Shown piece after piece: positions 18,781 to 27,255 of a stretch of DNA of 64,000 nucleotides. Positions within the stretch are counted from its first letter, which is position 1. Each line of letters opens with the position of its first letter. Origin of the DNA: Phycisphaerae bacterium. Its GTDB lineage: Bacteria; Planctomycetota; Phycisphaerae; FEN-1346. The notes under the pieces are model-generated. The model made no database searches, had not been told where the DNA came from, and saw nothing but the letters and a program-made list of their open reading frames with translations. Location of the stretch: contig JAWODB010000350.1 in NCBI GenBank assembly GCA_046483505.1, positions 218 to 64,217 of the forward strand, written 5' to 3'. The position numbers were made by a program, and so were the translations under genes.

Positions 18781-18792
18781 ACATTGATCCGC

Positions 18793-20868
18793 TCAACCCA
18801 CTTCAATGAGCCGCAGCGTCTCCCGGAAGCGTTTCGCCAGCGCCCGCCGCACGGGCTGCGACTCCGGGGCCGAGAGGTCCGGGTCCCGTTTGATCCACTC
18901 CAGCGCCTCGTTCCGCGCCAGACGGAGCAGGTCGTAATCCTCCACGATGTTGCCGATGGCCAGTTCCGGCATCCCGTGCTGGCGGGTGCCGAAGAACTCG
19001 CCCGGCCCGCGCAGTCGCAGGTCCTCCTCCGCGATGCGGAACCCGTCGGTCGTCTCGCACATCACCCCGATGCGCTGCTCGGCCTCCTCGGTTTTCGGTT
19101 CGGCAAGCAGGAGACACGTGCTCTTCTCGGCCCCGCGGCCGATCCGCCCGCGCAACTGGTGCAACTGGGCCAGGCCGAACCGCTCGGCGTGCTCGATCAC
19201 CATCACGGTCGCGTTCGGCACGTCCACGCCCACCTCGATGACGAGCGTGGAAACGAGCACCTGCACCTCGCCGCGCCGGAAGCGGCCCATCACCGCCTCC
19301 TTCTCCTCGGGCTTCATCCGGCCGTGGAGCAGGCCGACCTCGAACTCGCCGAAGACGTCGCGGCCCAGGCGCTCGGCTTCCTCGGTGGCGGCCCGGATTT
19401 CCAGCGACTCGCTCTCCTCCACCAGGGGATACACGACGAACGCCTGCCGCCCCGCGCGCACCTCGCGGCGGACGAACTCGTACGCCTTCCGCCGCTCGTC
19501 GGGGGCGACGGCCCACGTCTCGACGGGCGTCCGGCCGGGCGGCATCTCGTCGATCGTCGAGACGTCCAGGTCCCCGAAGACCGTCAGCGCCAGCGTCCGC
19601 GGGATGGGCGTGGCGGTCATGACGAGGTAATGCGGCTCGGCGTCGGGCCGGTCGACGCCGGTCCGCCACTTCGCCTCGGCCCGCTGGAGGACGCCGAACT
19701 TGTGCTGCTCGTCCACGACCACCAGGCCCAGCCGATGGAACGCCACGTCCTGCTGGATGAGGGCGTGGGTGCCGACCACGATGTCCGCCTCGCCGCGGCG
19801 GATGCGGCGAAGGACCTTCTTGCGTTCGGCGGCCGGCATCCCGCCCACGAGCAGGGCCCACTTGACGCGGCTGCCGACGAGGTACTTCTCCACGTTCTGG
19901 TAGTGCTGGACGGCCAGGATTTCGGTCGGGGCCATGATGGCCGCCTGGTACCCCGCCGCTACGGCGCCGAGGGCCGCGTACAGCGCGACGGCCGTCTTGC
20001 CGCACCCCACGTCGCCCTGGAGGAGACGGGTCATCGGCCGCGTGCGGGCCAGGTCCTCGCGGATTTCCGCGATCGCCCGGTCCTGGGCCCCCGTAAAGGT
20101 AAACGGGAAGCGGGCGCGGATGCGCGCATCGACCTGGCCGGAGACCTCGATGGGCGGCGCGGCCGTCGAGGCCATCGCGCTGCGCCGCCGCAGCACGACC
20201 GCCAGTTCCATCAGGAAGAACTCGCCGAACACCAGCCGCCGGCGGGCCCGATGGACGTCGTCCATGGTCTCGGGGCGGTGAATCTTCTCCAGGGCCGAGC
20301 GCAAGTCCACCAGGTTCAGCCGCGCGCGCATCGCTTCCGGCAGGGTTTCCTTGACGAGCGGCAGGCCGACGCGCAGGGCCTCGCTCGTCATCCGCTGGAG
20401 GCTGGCCTGCTGGAGGCCTTCCGTGACGGGGTACTCGACGAGGATGCGGCTGCCGGGCTCGTGGCCCTCGTCCGAGAGACGCTCGAACTTCGGGTGCTGC
20501 AACTGGAGCCGGCCCTTGTACCGGCTGACGCGCCCGTAGAAGAGGTACTCGGCCCCGGTCGCGAGGGCCTTGGCCAGGTAGCGGGCGTGGAACCAGACGA
20601 CCCGCATCTGGCCGGAGTCGTCCTCGATGAGCGCTTCCAACCGCTGCGAGTAGCCGGGCGAGCGCATGTCGACGACGCGGCCGCGGACGGTCTGCTCCTT
20701 GCCCTCGACGACCCGGGCAATGGGCACCGCGCTGCCGCGGTCCACGTACTTGCGCGGGAAGAACTGGAGGGCGTCCCCGACGGTCCGCACGCCCAGTTTC
20801 TCCAGCAGCCGGGCGCGCTTCGGGCCCACGCCCTTCAGGTACTGCACGCTGTCGCCGAGCCGTGCCAT
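18793..20868 (-). CDS. recG: ATP-dependent DNA helicase RecG
   Basis: 691 aa with a wedge/OB N-domain and SF2 motifs: GDVGCGKT, DEQHKFG, TATPIPRT, and a helicase C domain with QLHQLRGRIGRG. Confidence 0.92.
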   Translation of the reverse strand: MARLGDSVQYLKGVGPKRARLLEKLGVRTVGDALQFFPRKYVDRGSAVPIARVVEGKEQTVRGRVVDMRSPGYSQRLEALIEDDSGQMRVVWFHARYLAKALATGAEYLFYGRVSRYKGRLQLQHPKFERLSDEGHEPGSRILVEYPVTEGLQQASLQRMTSEALRVGLPLVKETLPEAMRARLNLVDLRSALEKIHRPETMDDVHRARRRLVFGEFFLMELAVVLRRRSAMASTAAPPIEVSGQVDARIRARFPFTFTGAQDRAIAEIREDLARTRPMTRLLQGDVGCGKTAVALYAALGAVAAGYQAAIMAPTEILAVQHYQNVEKYLVGSRVKWALLVGGMPAAERKKVLRRIRRGEADIVVGTHALIQQDVAFHRLGLVVVDEQHKFGVLQRAEAKWRTGVDRPDAEPHYLVMTATPIPRTLALTVFGDLDVSTIDEMPPGRTPVETWAVAPDERRKAYEFVRREVRAGRQAFVVYPLVEESESLEIRAATEEAERLGRDVFGEFEVGLLHGRMKPEEKEAVMGRFRRGEVQVLVSTLVIEVGVDVPNATVMVIEHAERFGLAQLHQLRGRIGRGAEKSTCLLLAEPKTEEAEQRIGVMCETTDGFRIAEEDLRLRGPGEFFGTRQHGMPELAIGNIVEDYDLLRLARNEALEWIKRDPDLSAPESQPVRRALAKRFRETLRLIEVG

Positions 20869-20911
20869 GAGGGGAGGCTACCGCAGCGCCGCCGCAAGGT
20901 CAAGCAGACGT

Positions 20912-20987
20912 GGCGAACGCGGAACGCGGAACGGGGAATGCGGAACCGCCGAAATCGGAAATCGGAAGGCGGAAATCGGAAACCGCC
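20912..20987. repeat. Tandem heptamer array (GCGGAAC x5 then ATCGGAA-type x4)
   Basis: The array reads GGCGAAC GCGGAAC GCGGAAC GGGGAAT GCGGAAC CGCCGAA ATCGGAA ATCGGAA GGCGGAA ATCGGAA. Confidence 0.75.
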
Positions 20988-21007
20988 GCGCCCTGCCGCA
21001 CGCCCCC

Positions 21008-21136
21008 TTAGCCCTACAACGCTAAGTCGGCCATTTGCGCGGTGGGTCTCCGCACCCACCGCGCTTGAAACCTCCTTGCCAGGGCTGCGCGGCGGGTGCG
21101 GAGACCCGCCGCGCAGGAGTTAGCGTTGTAGGGTTA
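21008..21136. repeat. Composite palindromic element (outer CTACAACGC arms enclosing a REP-A pair), copy 1
   Basis: The outer arms CCCTACAACGCTAA / TTAGCGTTGTAGGG enclose REP-A copies at 21037-21064 and 21087-21114. Confidence 0.85.
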
Positions 21137-21247
21137 GCCGCCGGGCGTGCCCGGGGCGTTTCCTCCGCGTTGCCCAAACGCTTGCACCGGCGCATAAGGC
21201 TTCGGTACACTTGTCGGCGCACCTCGCCATCCGAAGGAGGCTACGCC

Positions 21248-23128
21248 ATGCGACGCATCGTCCCAGCCGCGCTTCTCGTCCTTATGCTCGTCGGCCCGGC
21301 CGCCGCCGACGGCCCGCTCCCGCCCGTCCCGGAGAAGGCCAAGCACCGCTACGTCCTGATGACCGACATCGGCGGCGACCCGGACGACATGCAGTCCCTC
21401 GTCCGCTTCCTCCTCTACGCCTGCGATTTCGAGGTCGAGGGCCTGTGCACCGGCCTCGGCTGGGGCCACGACCGTGACACCCGCCCCGAACTCATCCGCG
21501 AGCGGGTCGAGGCCTACGGCAAGGTGGTCGCCAACCTCCGCAAACACCGGCCGGACTATCCGTCCGAGCGGACCCTGCTCGACCTCATCAAGGACGGCCG
21601 CGATACCGACAAACACGAGGTCGGCCCGGGCAAGGATTCGGAGGCCTCCGACTGGATCGTCAAGGTGCTGGATCGCAAGGACCCGCGGCCCGTCTGGTTC
21701 GGCATCTGGGGCGGGCCGAGGGAACTCGCCCAAGCCATCTGGAAGATCTCCGAGACCCGTTCGGCGGAGGAGGCCAAACGCCTCAAGGCCAAGATCCGCG
21801 TCCATTCCATCGCCGACCAGGACAAGACCGCCGGCTGGGTCAAGAAGCACCATCCGGACGTCTTCTGGATCTACTCCATGCCGTGTTTCCGCGGCATCTG
21901 GGCCGAGGGCGACCAGTCGCTCGTCGACGCCGCATGGCTGAAGGAGAACGTCCGGACGGGCCATGGGCCCCTCGGGCCCGTCTACCCGCCCAAGGCCGCC
22001 GGCAAGAACGCCGTCAAGGAGGGCGACACGCCGTCCTTCTTCTACGTCCTGCCGAACGGCCTGAGCGACCCGGAGCATCCCGAGTGGGGCGGATGGGGCG
22101 GACGCTTCCGCCCGAGCGGCCGCGGCCACGAGTACCGAGACGCCGCCGACACCGTGGGCGGGAAGTCGAGTTCGCTCGCCACCATCTACCGCTGGCGGAA
22201 GGCGTATCAGAACGACTTCGAGGCCCGCATGGACTGGTGCGTCAAGCCGTTCGACGCGGCGAACCATGCGCCCTCGGCCGTCGTCAACGGCGACAGGACG
22301 CTCCGCGTGCTTCGCGTCGAGGCCGACCCGGGCGAGGCGGTTCGCCTGACGGCCGCCGCCCGCGACCCCGACGGCGACGACGTCGCCTTCCACTGGTGGG
22401 TGTACCGCGAGGCCGGCACGTACTGGGGTGACGTGCCCCTGACCGGCGCCCGCGCGCCCGAGGCCACGGTCACGGTGCCGGCGAAGGCCGCGGGGCGGAC
22501 CGTCCACGTCATCCTGGAAGCGGCCGACCGGGGCGCCCCGCCGCTCACCGCCTACCGCCGCATCATCCTGGAGGTCTCCGGCGAGCCGCTTCCGGACGCC
22601 CCCGGCCCCGGCTGGCACGCGCGGACCAAGCCCGTCACGCACCTCTCGCCGCCGCCCGAGAAGGACGGGCCGTGGACGTTCTACCGCGGCATCAACATCG
22701 GCGGCAAGCCGGTGACCATCGACGGGCAGAAATGGGAGGGCGACGACGCCCCGAACTTCCAGTGCGACGAGAAGCGCCTCGACAGTCCGCAGGTCGCCTT
22801 GCGCCCGCCGACGGACAAGGACCGGGCCGCGATGATCCACGCCTTCCGATGGAACCGCGACGCCTCCGTCCGGCTGACCGGCGTCCCCGACGGCACCTAC
22901 GCCGTCTACCTGTACGTGTGGGAGGAGACGGGGCCGACGACGTTCAGCATCAGCCTGGAGGGGAAAGAGGTCATCGAAGGGTATAACAGCGGGATGGCGG
23001 GCGACTGGCGCCGCCTCGGCCCGTGGACGGTCGAGGTGACCGACGGGTCCATCGACCTGCGCGCCCGCGGCGGCGACGCGAACCTCTCCGGCGTCGAAGT
23101 CTGGCGGCGAACGGCGAAACAGCCGTAG
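21248..23128 (+). CDS. Secreted DUF1593 (nucleoside-hydrolase-like) protein with C-terminal malectin-like carbohydrate-binding domain
   Basis: ORF 21035..23128 trimmed to the ATG at 21248. The upstream part is a translated REP element. It has a signal peptide (MRRIVPAALLVLMLVGPAAADG), the DUF1593 signature YVLMTDIGGDPDDMQSLVRFLLY and a C-terminal GINIGG..DGQKWEGDD.. domain. Confidence 0.7.
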   Translation: MRRIVPAALLVLMLVGPAAADGPLPPVPEKAKHRYVLMTDIGGDPDDMQSLVRFLLYACDFEVEGLCTGLGWGHDRDTRPELIRERVEAYGKVVANLRKHRPDYPSERTLLDLIKDGRDTDKHEVGPGKDSEASDWIVKVLDRKDPRPVWFGIWGGPRELAQAIWKISETRSAEEAKRLKAKIRVHSIADQDKTAGWVKKHHPDVFWIYSMPCFRGIWAEGDQSLVDAAWLKENVRTGHGPLGPVYPPKAAGKNAVKEGDTPSFFYVLPNGLSDPEHPEWGGWGGRFRPSGRGHEYRDAADTVGGKSSSLATIYRWRKAYQNDFEARMDWCVKPFDAANHAPSAVVNGDRTLRVLRVEADPGEAVRLTAAARDPDGDDVAFHWWVYREAGTYWGDVPLTGARAPEATVTVPAKAAGRTVHVILEAADRGAPPLTAYRRIILEVSGEPLPDAPGPGWHARTKPVTHLSPPPEKDGPWTFYRGINIGGKPVTIDGQKWEGDDAPNFQCDEKRLDSPQVALRPPTDKDRAAMIHAFRWNRDASVRLTGVPDGTYAVYLYVWEETGPTTFSISLEGKEVIEGYNSGMAGDWRRLGPWTVEVTDGSIDLRARGGDANLSGVEVWRRTAKQP

Positions 23129-23156
23129 CCGTAGGCCGTGACGGTGCGCCATGTGC

Positions 23157-23217
23157 CACGGCCGGTCTTGCCCGGCCGTGGGCAGCTGTTCGATGGAACG
23201 CGCCGGGCAAGCCCGGC
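23157..23217. repeat. Hairpin repeat family C copy plus adjacent GCCGGGCAAGCCCGGC hairpin
   Basis: CACGGCCGGTCTTGCCCGGCCGTG (23157-23180) and GCCGGGC-AA-GCCCGGC (23202-23217). Confidence 0.7.
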
Positions 23218-23666
23218 GGCTAAATGGGCAACCCGTGTACCCTGGCCGTTTACCTTTCCGCCGTTGCCGTCTTTGCGCCTTGGCGCCTTGGCGTGAGGCA
23301 TGCCGTTGTCGTTGCCGTTCGTTCCGCCTTCCGCGTTTCCCATTCGACGCTCTGGTTCATATGGCCCGTCTCCGATGCGCCGCAAAAACCCGGAAATTCC
23401 GGGACATTTCTCGCGCGTTTTCGCGCGTTTCCGAAAAAAGCGGGGCAAAAGTCGCGCGTTTTGCCTTACCCATTTTAACATTTCGGACCCAAATCGTCCC
23501 TCACGCGTCAGAATCGGCGATTCGAGGTCCGAAAAGGCGCATTTTCGGGGGTGGCGAGGAAACGCGTTTTCTTAGAATGTCGATCGTGCCGCGCCGTGCG
23601 AGCCCGCTGCGGAAGCAGCGGGTCATCCTGATCCGGCATGGGGTGTGCCAAGGCAGATCAGGATGC

Positions 23667-23697
23667 CCGGCCGTTCCCGCGGCCGGCTCGAACGGCG
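23667..23697. repeat. Hairpin repeat family D, second copy
   Basis: CCGGCCGTTCCCGCGGCCGGCTCGAACGGCG. Confidence 0.7.
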
Positions 23698-23745
23698 CGG
23701 CGCGCTCGCACGACACGGTGCCATGTCAGCAGGCCGACGAGCACG

Positions 23746-24216
23746 TCACGGCATGACGAACTCGCGTTCCTTCTGCTTGATCACCAGCACGGGGCAGGGG
23801 GCTTTGCGGACGACCTTCTCCGCCACGCTGCCGAACAGGGCGTGTGTCAGGCCCGTCCGGCCGTGGGTGGCGATAACCACGAGGCCCACCTCCTTCTCGC
23901 GGGCGTAGCGGATGATCTCGACGAACGGCCGGCCCTCCAGGAACGCCGTCTCCACCGGCAGGTCCGGCAGGTGCTGGGCGGCGAACTCCTCCAGGCTGCG
24001 GCGGCTCTCGTCGCGAATCTGGTCGATGAACTGCTCGCTCGGCCCGGTCAGGTAGTAGCCGGAGGTGGCCATCAGGTCGGCCGGGATCTCGCTGACGTGG
24101 ATGCAGTGGACCTCTTCGGCCTCGAACCGCCGGGCGAGTTCCGCCGCGTACGTTGCCGCGTGCTCGGCGTGTTCCGAGAAATCCGTCGGCACGAGAATGC
24201 GCTTCAGTTGGATCAT
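23746..24216 (-). CDS. Universal stress protein (UspA family)
   Basis: Tail of ORF 23746..24735 from the ATG at 24214-24216. Motifs: MIQLKRILVPTDFSEHAE, VVIATHGRTGLTHALFGSVAEKVVRKAPCPVLVI. Confidence 0.85.
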   Translation of the reverse strand: MIQLKRILVPTDFSEHAEHAATYAAELARRFEAEEVHCIHVSEIPADLMATSGYYLTGPSEQFIDQIRDESRRSLEEFAAQHLPDLPVETAFLEGRPFVEIIRYAREKEVGLVVIATHGRTGLTHALFGSVAEKVVRKAPCPVLVIKQKEREFVMP

Positions 24217-24226
24217 GGCAGGCTCC

Positions 24227-25873
24227 TTACTCGGCCTGAAACGCACCCGGCTCATAGGTTTTGCCGAGTGCCTCCAGGGCCGCCAGCGCATGGGCCGCCA
24301 CCGCGCGCACGGGGTCGTCGAGCCGTTTCTCGAGCGCCGCGACGGATTCTTCGGACCGGTCGGCGGCGATGCGGAGGGCGTCGCAGGCGGCGGCGCGAAT
24401 CCGCCACGCGTCGGCCTCCAGGGCCGTACGCAGCGCCTGCCGCCCCTCTTCGGAACGGATGCGGCCGAGGGCCTCGGTGGCGGCCAGTTCCGGCCGGGCG
24501 TACATCTCGCCCACCCGCACGGGCACGCCCCCGCTGCTGTCGTGCGACGTGCAGACCTCGATGAGGGCGGGGGCGGCGTCGAGCCAGCCCGTCGCGCCCA
24601 GCCCCCACGCCGCCATCGAAGCGACGAGCGGCGAGGGGTCGTCCAGCATGTCGAGCAGATGATTGGCGGCATAGATCGTCCCGACCTGCCCGAGGGCCTT
24701 GGCCACGGCCGCCCGGACGAGCGGTTCGGGGTCATCGCACGCCTCGACGAGAGCGGCCTGGGATTCGGGGTGACCGATGCGGCCGAGGACGCTGGCCGCC
24801 GCCGCCCGGACGTACGTGTCGTCCGACGCCAGCCGTGCGCTCGCCCAGGGGATATCCTGGCGGCCCGCGTTCGGCGCCAGGGCCATCATCGCGCGGACCT
24901 GGAGTTCCGGCCCGGCGCCGGAGGTGCGGATGTACTCGCGGAGGACGTCCTCGGCCGGCCGGCCGATGACCCCCAGGGCCCCCAGGGCGTCGGCGGTCGT
25001 CCCGCGGTCGCCCCGCTCCAGGAACTCGGCGAGCAGGCGGACGGGGGCGGCCGCGCCAAGGTTCCCCATCGCCCGGATGGCATTGCGGCGGACGGCGGTG
25101 TCGTTGTCGCGCAGGCCGCGGCGGAGCAGCATCTGGAGCCGCGGGTCCGGCGACGCCACCAGGGCCCGCATGGCGGCCCGGCGGCCGGCCAGGCTCCGCT
25201 GGCAGGCGAGCGGCAGGAGCGTCGGGCCGAGACCCATGCGGTGCCGGACCGCCGCCCGCACCGCCTTGGCCAGCACCTGGCCCTCGGCTTCCTCCGCCAG
25301 AAGAAGGAGCCGCCGGCGGGCGCCCGCGTCGCCGATGCGCGCCAGGATGTCGGCCGCCAGGACGGCCGTCTCCGGCTCGGCCTCGAGGGCCTCGCGCAGG
25401 GTCGCGCGGTGGTCGGCGATCACCTCGTCGAGGTCGACGCGGCCGTGGGGATCGCCCAGCCGGGCCAGGGCCTCCAGAACGTACGGCGGGTCCTCGGCCA
25501 CGCGGCCGTCCACGACGACCGGGGCCATGCCGTACGGGTGATGCTCGATGTATGAGGCCTGGGCGATACCGCGCACCAGCGGGTCCTCGTGCGTCAGGGC
25601 CGCCAGCGCGAGGCCGGGGCCGCGGTCGGCGGCGACGGCGGCGAGCAACTGGGCCGCTTGGGCCCGGACGACGAGCGACGGGTCGCCGAGCAACCGCTTC
25701 AGGACGGGCGGCGCGGCCTCACCGCGCAGGCCGACGGCCTCGATGGACAGGATCTGCTCCGCCGCGGGCAGACGGGCGAGGGTGTCCTCCCGCTGCGGCG
25801 AGGGGGCGCAGCCGGCGGCGACGAGGCATCCCCCGAGGAGCATCCAGCCGAGAAGTGTGACGGACCTCTGCAT
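24227..25873 (-). CDS. HEAT/PBS-lyase-repeat lipoprotein
   Basis: 548 aa with a lipobox (LLGGCLVAAGC) and many repeats of the form D..VR.AA..ALG. Confidence 0.7.
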   Translation of the reverse strand: MQRSVTLLGWMLLGGCLVAAGCAPSPQREDTLARLPAAEQILSIEAVGLRGEAAPPVLKRLLGDPSLVVRAQAAQLLAAVAADRGPGLALAALTHEDPLVRGIAQASYIEHHPYGMAPVVVDGRVAEDPPYVLEALARLGDPHGRVDLDEVIADHRATLREALEAEPETAVLAADILARIGDAGARRRLLLLAEEAEGQVLAKAVRAAVRHRMGLGPTLLPLACQRSLAGRRAAMRALVASPDPRLQMLLRRGLRDNDTAVRRNAIRAMGNLGAAAPVRLLAEFLERGDRGTTADALGALGVIGRPAEDVLREYIRTSGAGPELQVRAMMALAPNAGRQDIPWASARLASDDTYVRAAAASVLGRIGHPESQAALVEACDDPEPLVRAAVAKALGQVGTIYAANHLLDMLDDPSPLVASMAAWGLGATGWLDAAPALIEVCTSHDSSGGVPVRVGEMYARPELAATEALGRIRSEEGRQALRTALEADAWRIRAAACDALRIAADRSEESVAALEKRLDDPVRAVAAHALAALEALGKTYEPGAFQAE

Positions 25874-26085
25874 AGTAGGACTCCGGTGTGGGTTCCCTTG
25901 GCCGACTCGCGGGCAATACCTTATCTATAGGCGGGCCCTCGGGGCGATGCAAGCGAAATCGATGCACGCCCGGCCCGCCAGAACGGCTAAAGCACGGCCG
26001 ACAACTGGCCGACATGCCCAACGACAGGCCCCGGCCGGGAGGGCCGCGGCCGACCGTCCACGAACCTCACGGAAAGGATACGACC

Positions 26086-26391
26086 ATGACCTGGAAGACC
26101 CTCTTGCCCCTGGCGGCGGCCGCAGGGCTCATCGTCGCGGCGGCCACCCTGACGAGCCAGGCCGGACACGCGGGCGGCGGCACCGGCCTCTTCGCGGGAC
26201 TCCGCAAGGGCCAGTCCGTCCGGCTCACCGAAACGGGCGACGCGTTCGAGATCGAGACCTACGGCGGCAGCCGCTCGGGGCACCAGACCATCGCCGAGAT
26301 CGGCGGCGACTACCTGGCCATCACGGACACCCGCGGCAACGTCGTCCGCATCCCCGTCACGTCAATCAAGAGCGTGACGGTTCGCAACTGA
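26086..26391 (+). CDS. Small secreted hypothetical protein
   Basis: Internal ATG at 26086 of ORF 25888..26391, preceded by GGAAAGGA. It has a signal peptide (MTWKTLLPLAAAAGLIVAAATLTSQA). No family recognised. Confidence 0.45.
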   Translation: MTWKTLLPLAAAAGLIVAAATLTSQAGHAGGGTGLFAGLRKGQSVRLTETGDAFEIETYGGSRSGHQTIAEIGGDYLAITDTRGNVVRIPVTSIKSVTVRN

Positions 26392-26398
26392 GCGGGCG

Positions 26399-26575
26399 GA
26401 AAGGTGTCAGGCACCTTTAGCACTACAACGCCAAGTCGGCCATTTGCGCGGTGGGTCTGGGCACCCACCGCGCTCGAAACGGCCTTTCCAGGGCTGCGCG
26501 GCGGGTACGGAGACCCGCCGCGCACGAGTTAGCGTTGTAGTGTCAGGCCGTTCGCAAAGGTGCCAGACACCTTAC
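26399..26575. repeat. Composite palindromic element, copy 2, nested in an additional AAGGTGTCAGGCACCTTT inverted repeat
   Basis: About 110 nt of core align with 21011-21133 with roughly nine mismatches by hand. REP-A copies lie at 26446-26473 and 26496-26523. The extra outer arms are 26401-26418 and 26556-26573. Confidence 0.85.
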
Positions 26576-27255
26576 ACGTCCGCCGACGGGCAGAGGTCGC
26601 GCAGGCAGCAGGCGGCGTGGTCGGGACGGCGGGCGTGGCACACCTCGCGGCCGTGCTGGATGGCCAGCACGTGGAACGCGTAGACGTTCTCCTCCGGCAC
26701 CATCTCCGCCAGCACCTCGTGCGCCTGTTCGGCCGTCGTCTTCGGCCCGATGAGTCCCAGCCGCCGCGTCACCCGGTGGACGTGCGTGTCGACGGGCAGG
26801 GCCGGCCGCTTCAGGCAGAAGAGGAGGACGCAGGCGGCGGTCTTCGGCCCGACGCCCGGCAGGGCCCGCAGGTACTCCTGGACCTTTGGCGTGGACCACC
26901 GTCGCAGGAACCGCAGGTCCGCCCGGCCGCGGTCGTCGCGAATCCGCCGCAGGACCGTGCGGATGGTCTCGGCCTTGCGGCGATGGAGGCCGGCGGGGCG
27001 GATGGCGTCGGCGATGGCCGGGAGGGGGGCGTCGGCGGCCTCGTCCCACGAGGGGAAGCGACCCTTCAGCCGCGCCATCGCCGTGTCGCGATTCCGGTCG
27101 TTGGTGTGCTGGCTGAGGATGGTGCCGACGAGGGAATCGAGCGGTCGGCCGGCGGCCCGCCACGGGCGGGGGCCGTAGGCCTTCTCGAGGCGGCCCAGGA
27201 CGGTGGCGACGCCCGGGGGCCGGCGCTCGGACACAGGACGCCGCGCCGGGGTCAT
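26572..27255 (-). CDS. nth: Endonuclease III-like HhH-GPD DNA glycosylase
   Basis: 227 aa with the HhH motif LPGVGPKTAACVL, catalytic Asp context PVDTHVHRV and a C-terminal Cys cluster CHARRPDHAACCLRDLC. The start overlaps the tatC stop (ATGA). Confidence 0.8.
   Translation of the reverse strand: MTPARRPVSERRPPGVATVLGRLEKAYGPRPWRAAGRPLDSLVGTILSQHTNDRNRDTAMARLKGRFPSWDEAADAPLPAIADAIRPAGLHRRKAETIRTVLRRIRDDRGRADLRFLRRWSTPKVQEYLRALPGVGPKTAACVLLFCLKRPALPVDTHVHRVTRRLGLIGPKTTAEQAHEVLAEMVPEENVYAFHVLAIQHGREVCHARRPDHAACCLRDLCPSADV

Noticed and set aside
18784-21123. 779-aa plus-strand ORF
   Set aside because: It is antisense to recG, which has complete SF2 helicase motifs. It also runs through the heptamer array and REP elements. 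It is a shadow ORF.
21035-21247. N-terminal extension of the DUF1593 ORF (MRGGSPHPPRLKPPCQGCAAGAETRRAG...), with similar short ORFs at 26444..26683, 16628..16822 and 44619..44858
   Set aside because: These peptides are translations of the REP-A hairpins and recur wherever the repeat occurs. The real DUF1593 gene starts at the ATG at 21248, which is followed by a signal peptide.
23600-23670. Possible SRP (4.5S) RNA: GGAAGCAGC and CCAAGGCAGAT strings recalling the domain IV consensus
   Set aside because: The GGAA loop here caps a perfect 8-bp helix (CCCGCTGC/GCAGCGGG). It lacks the conserved symmetric and asymmetric internal loops (AGG/AGCA), and the flanking helices do not pair as in SRP RNA. 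The similarity is limited to short strings.
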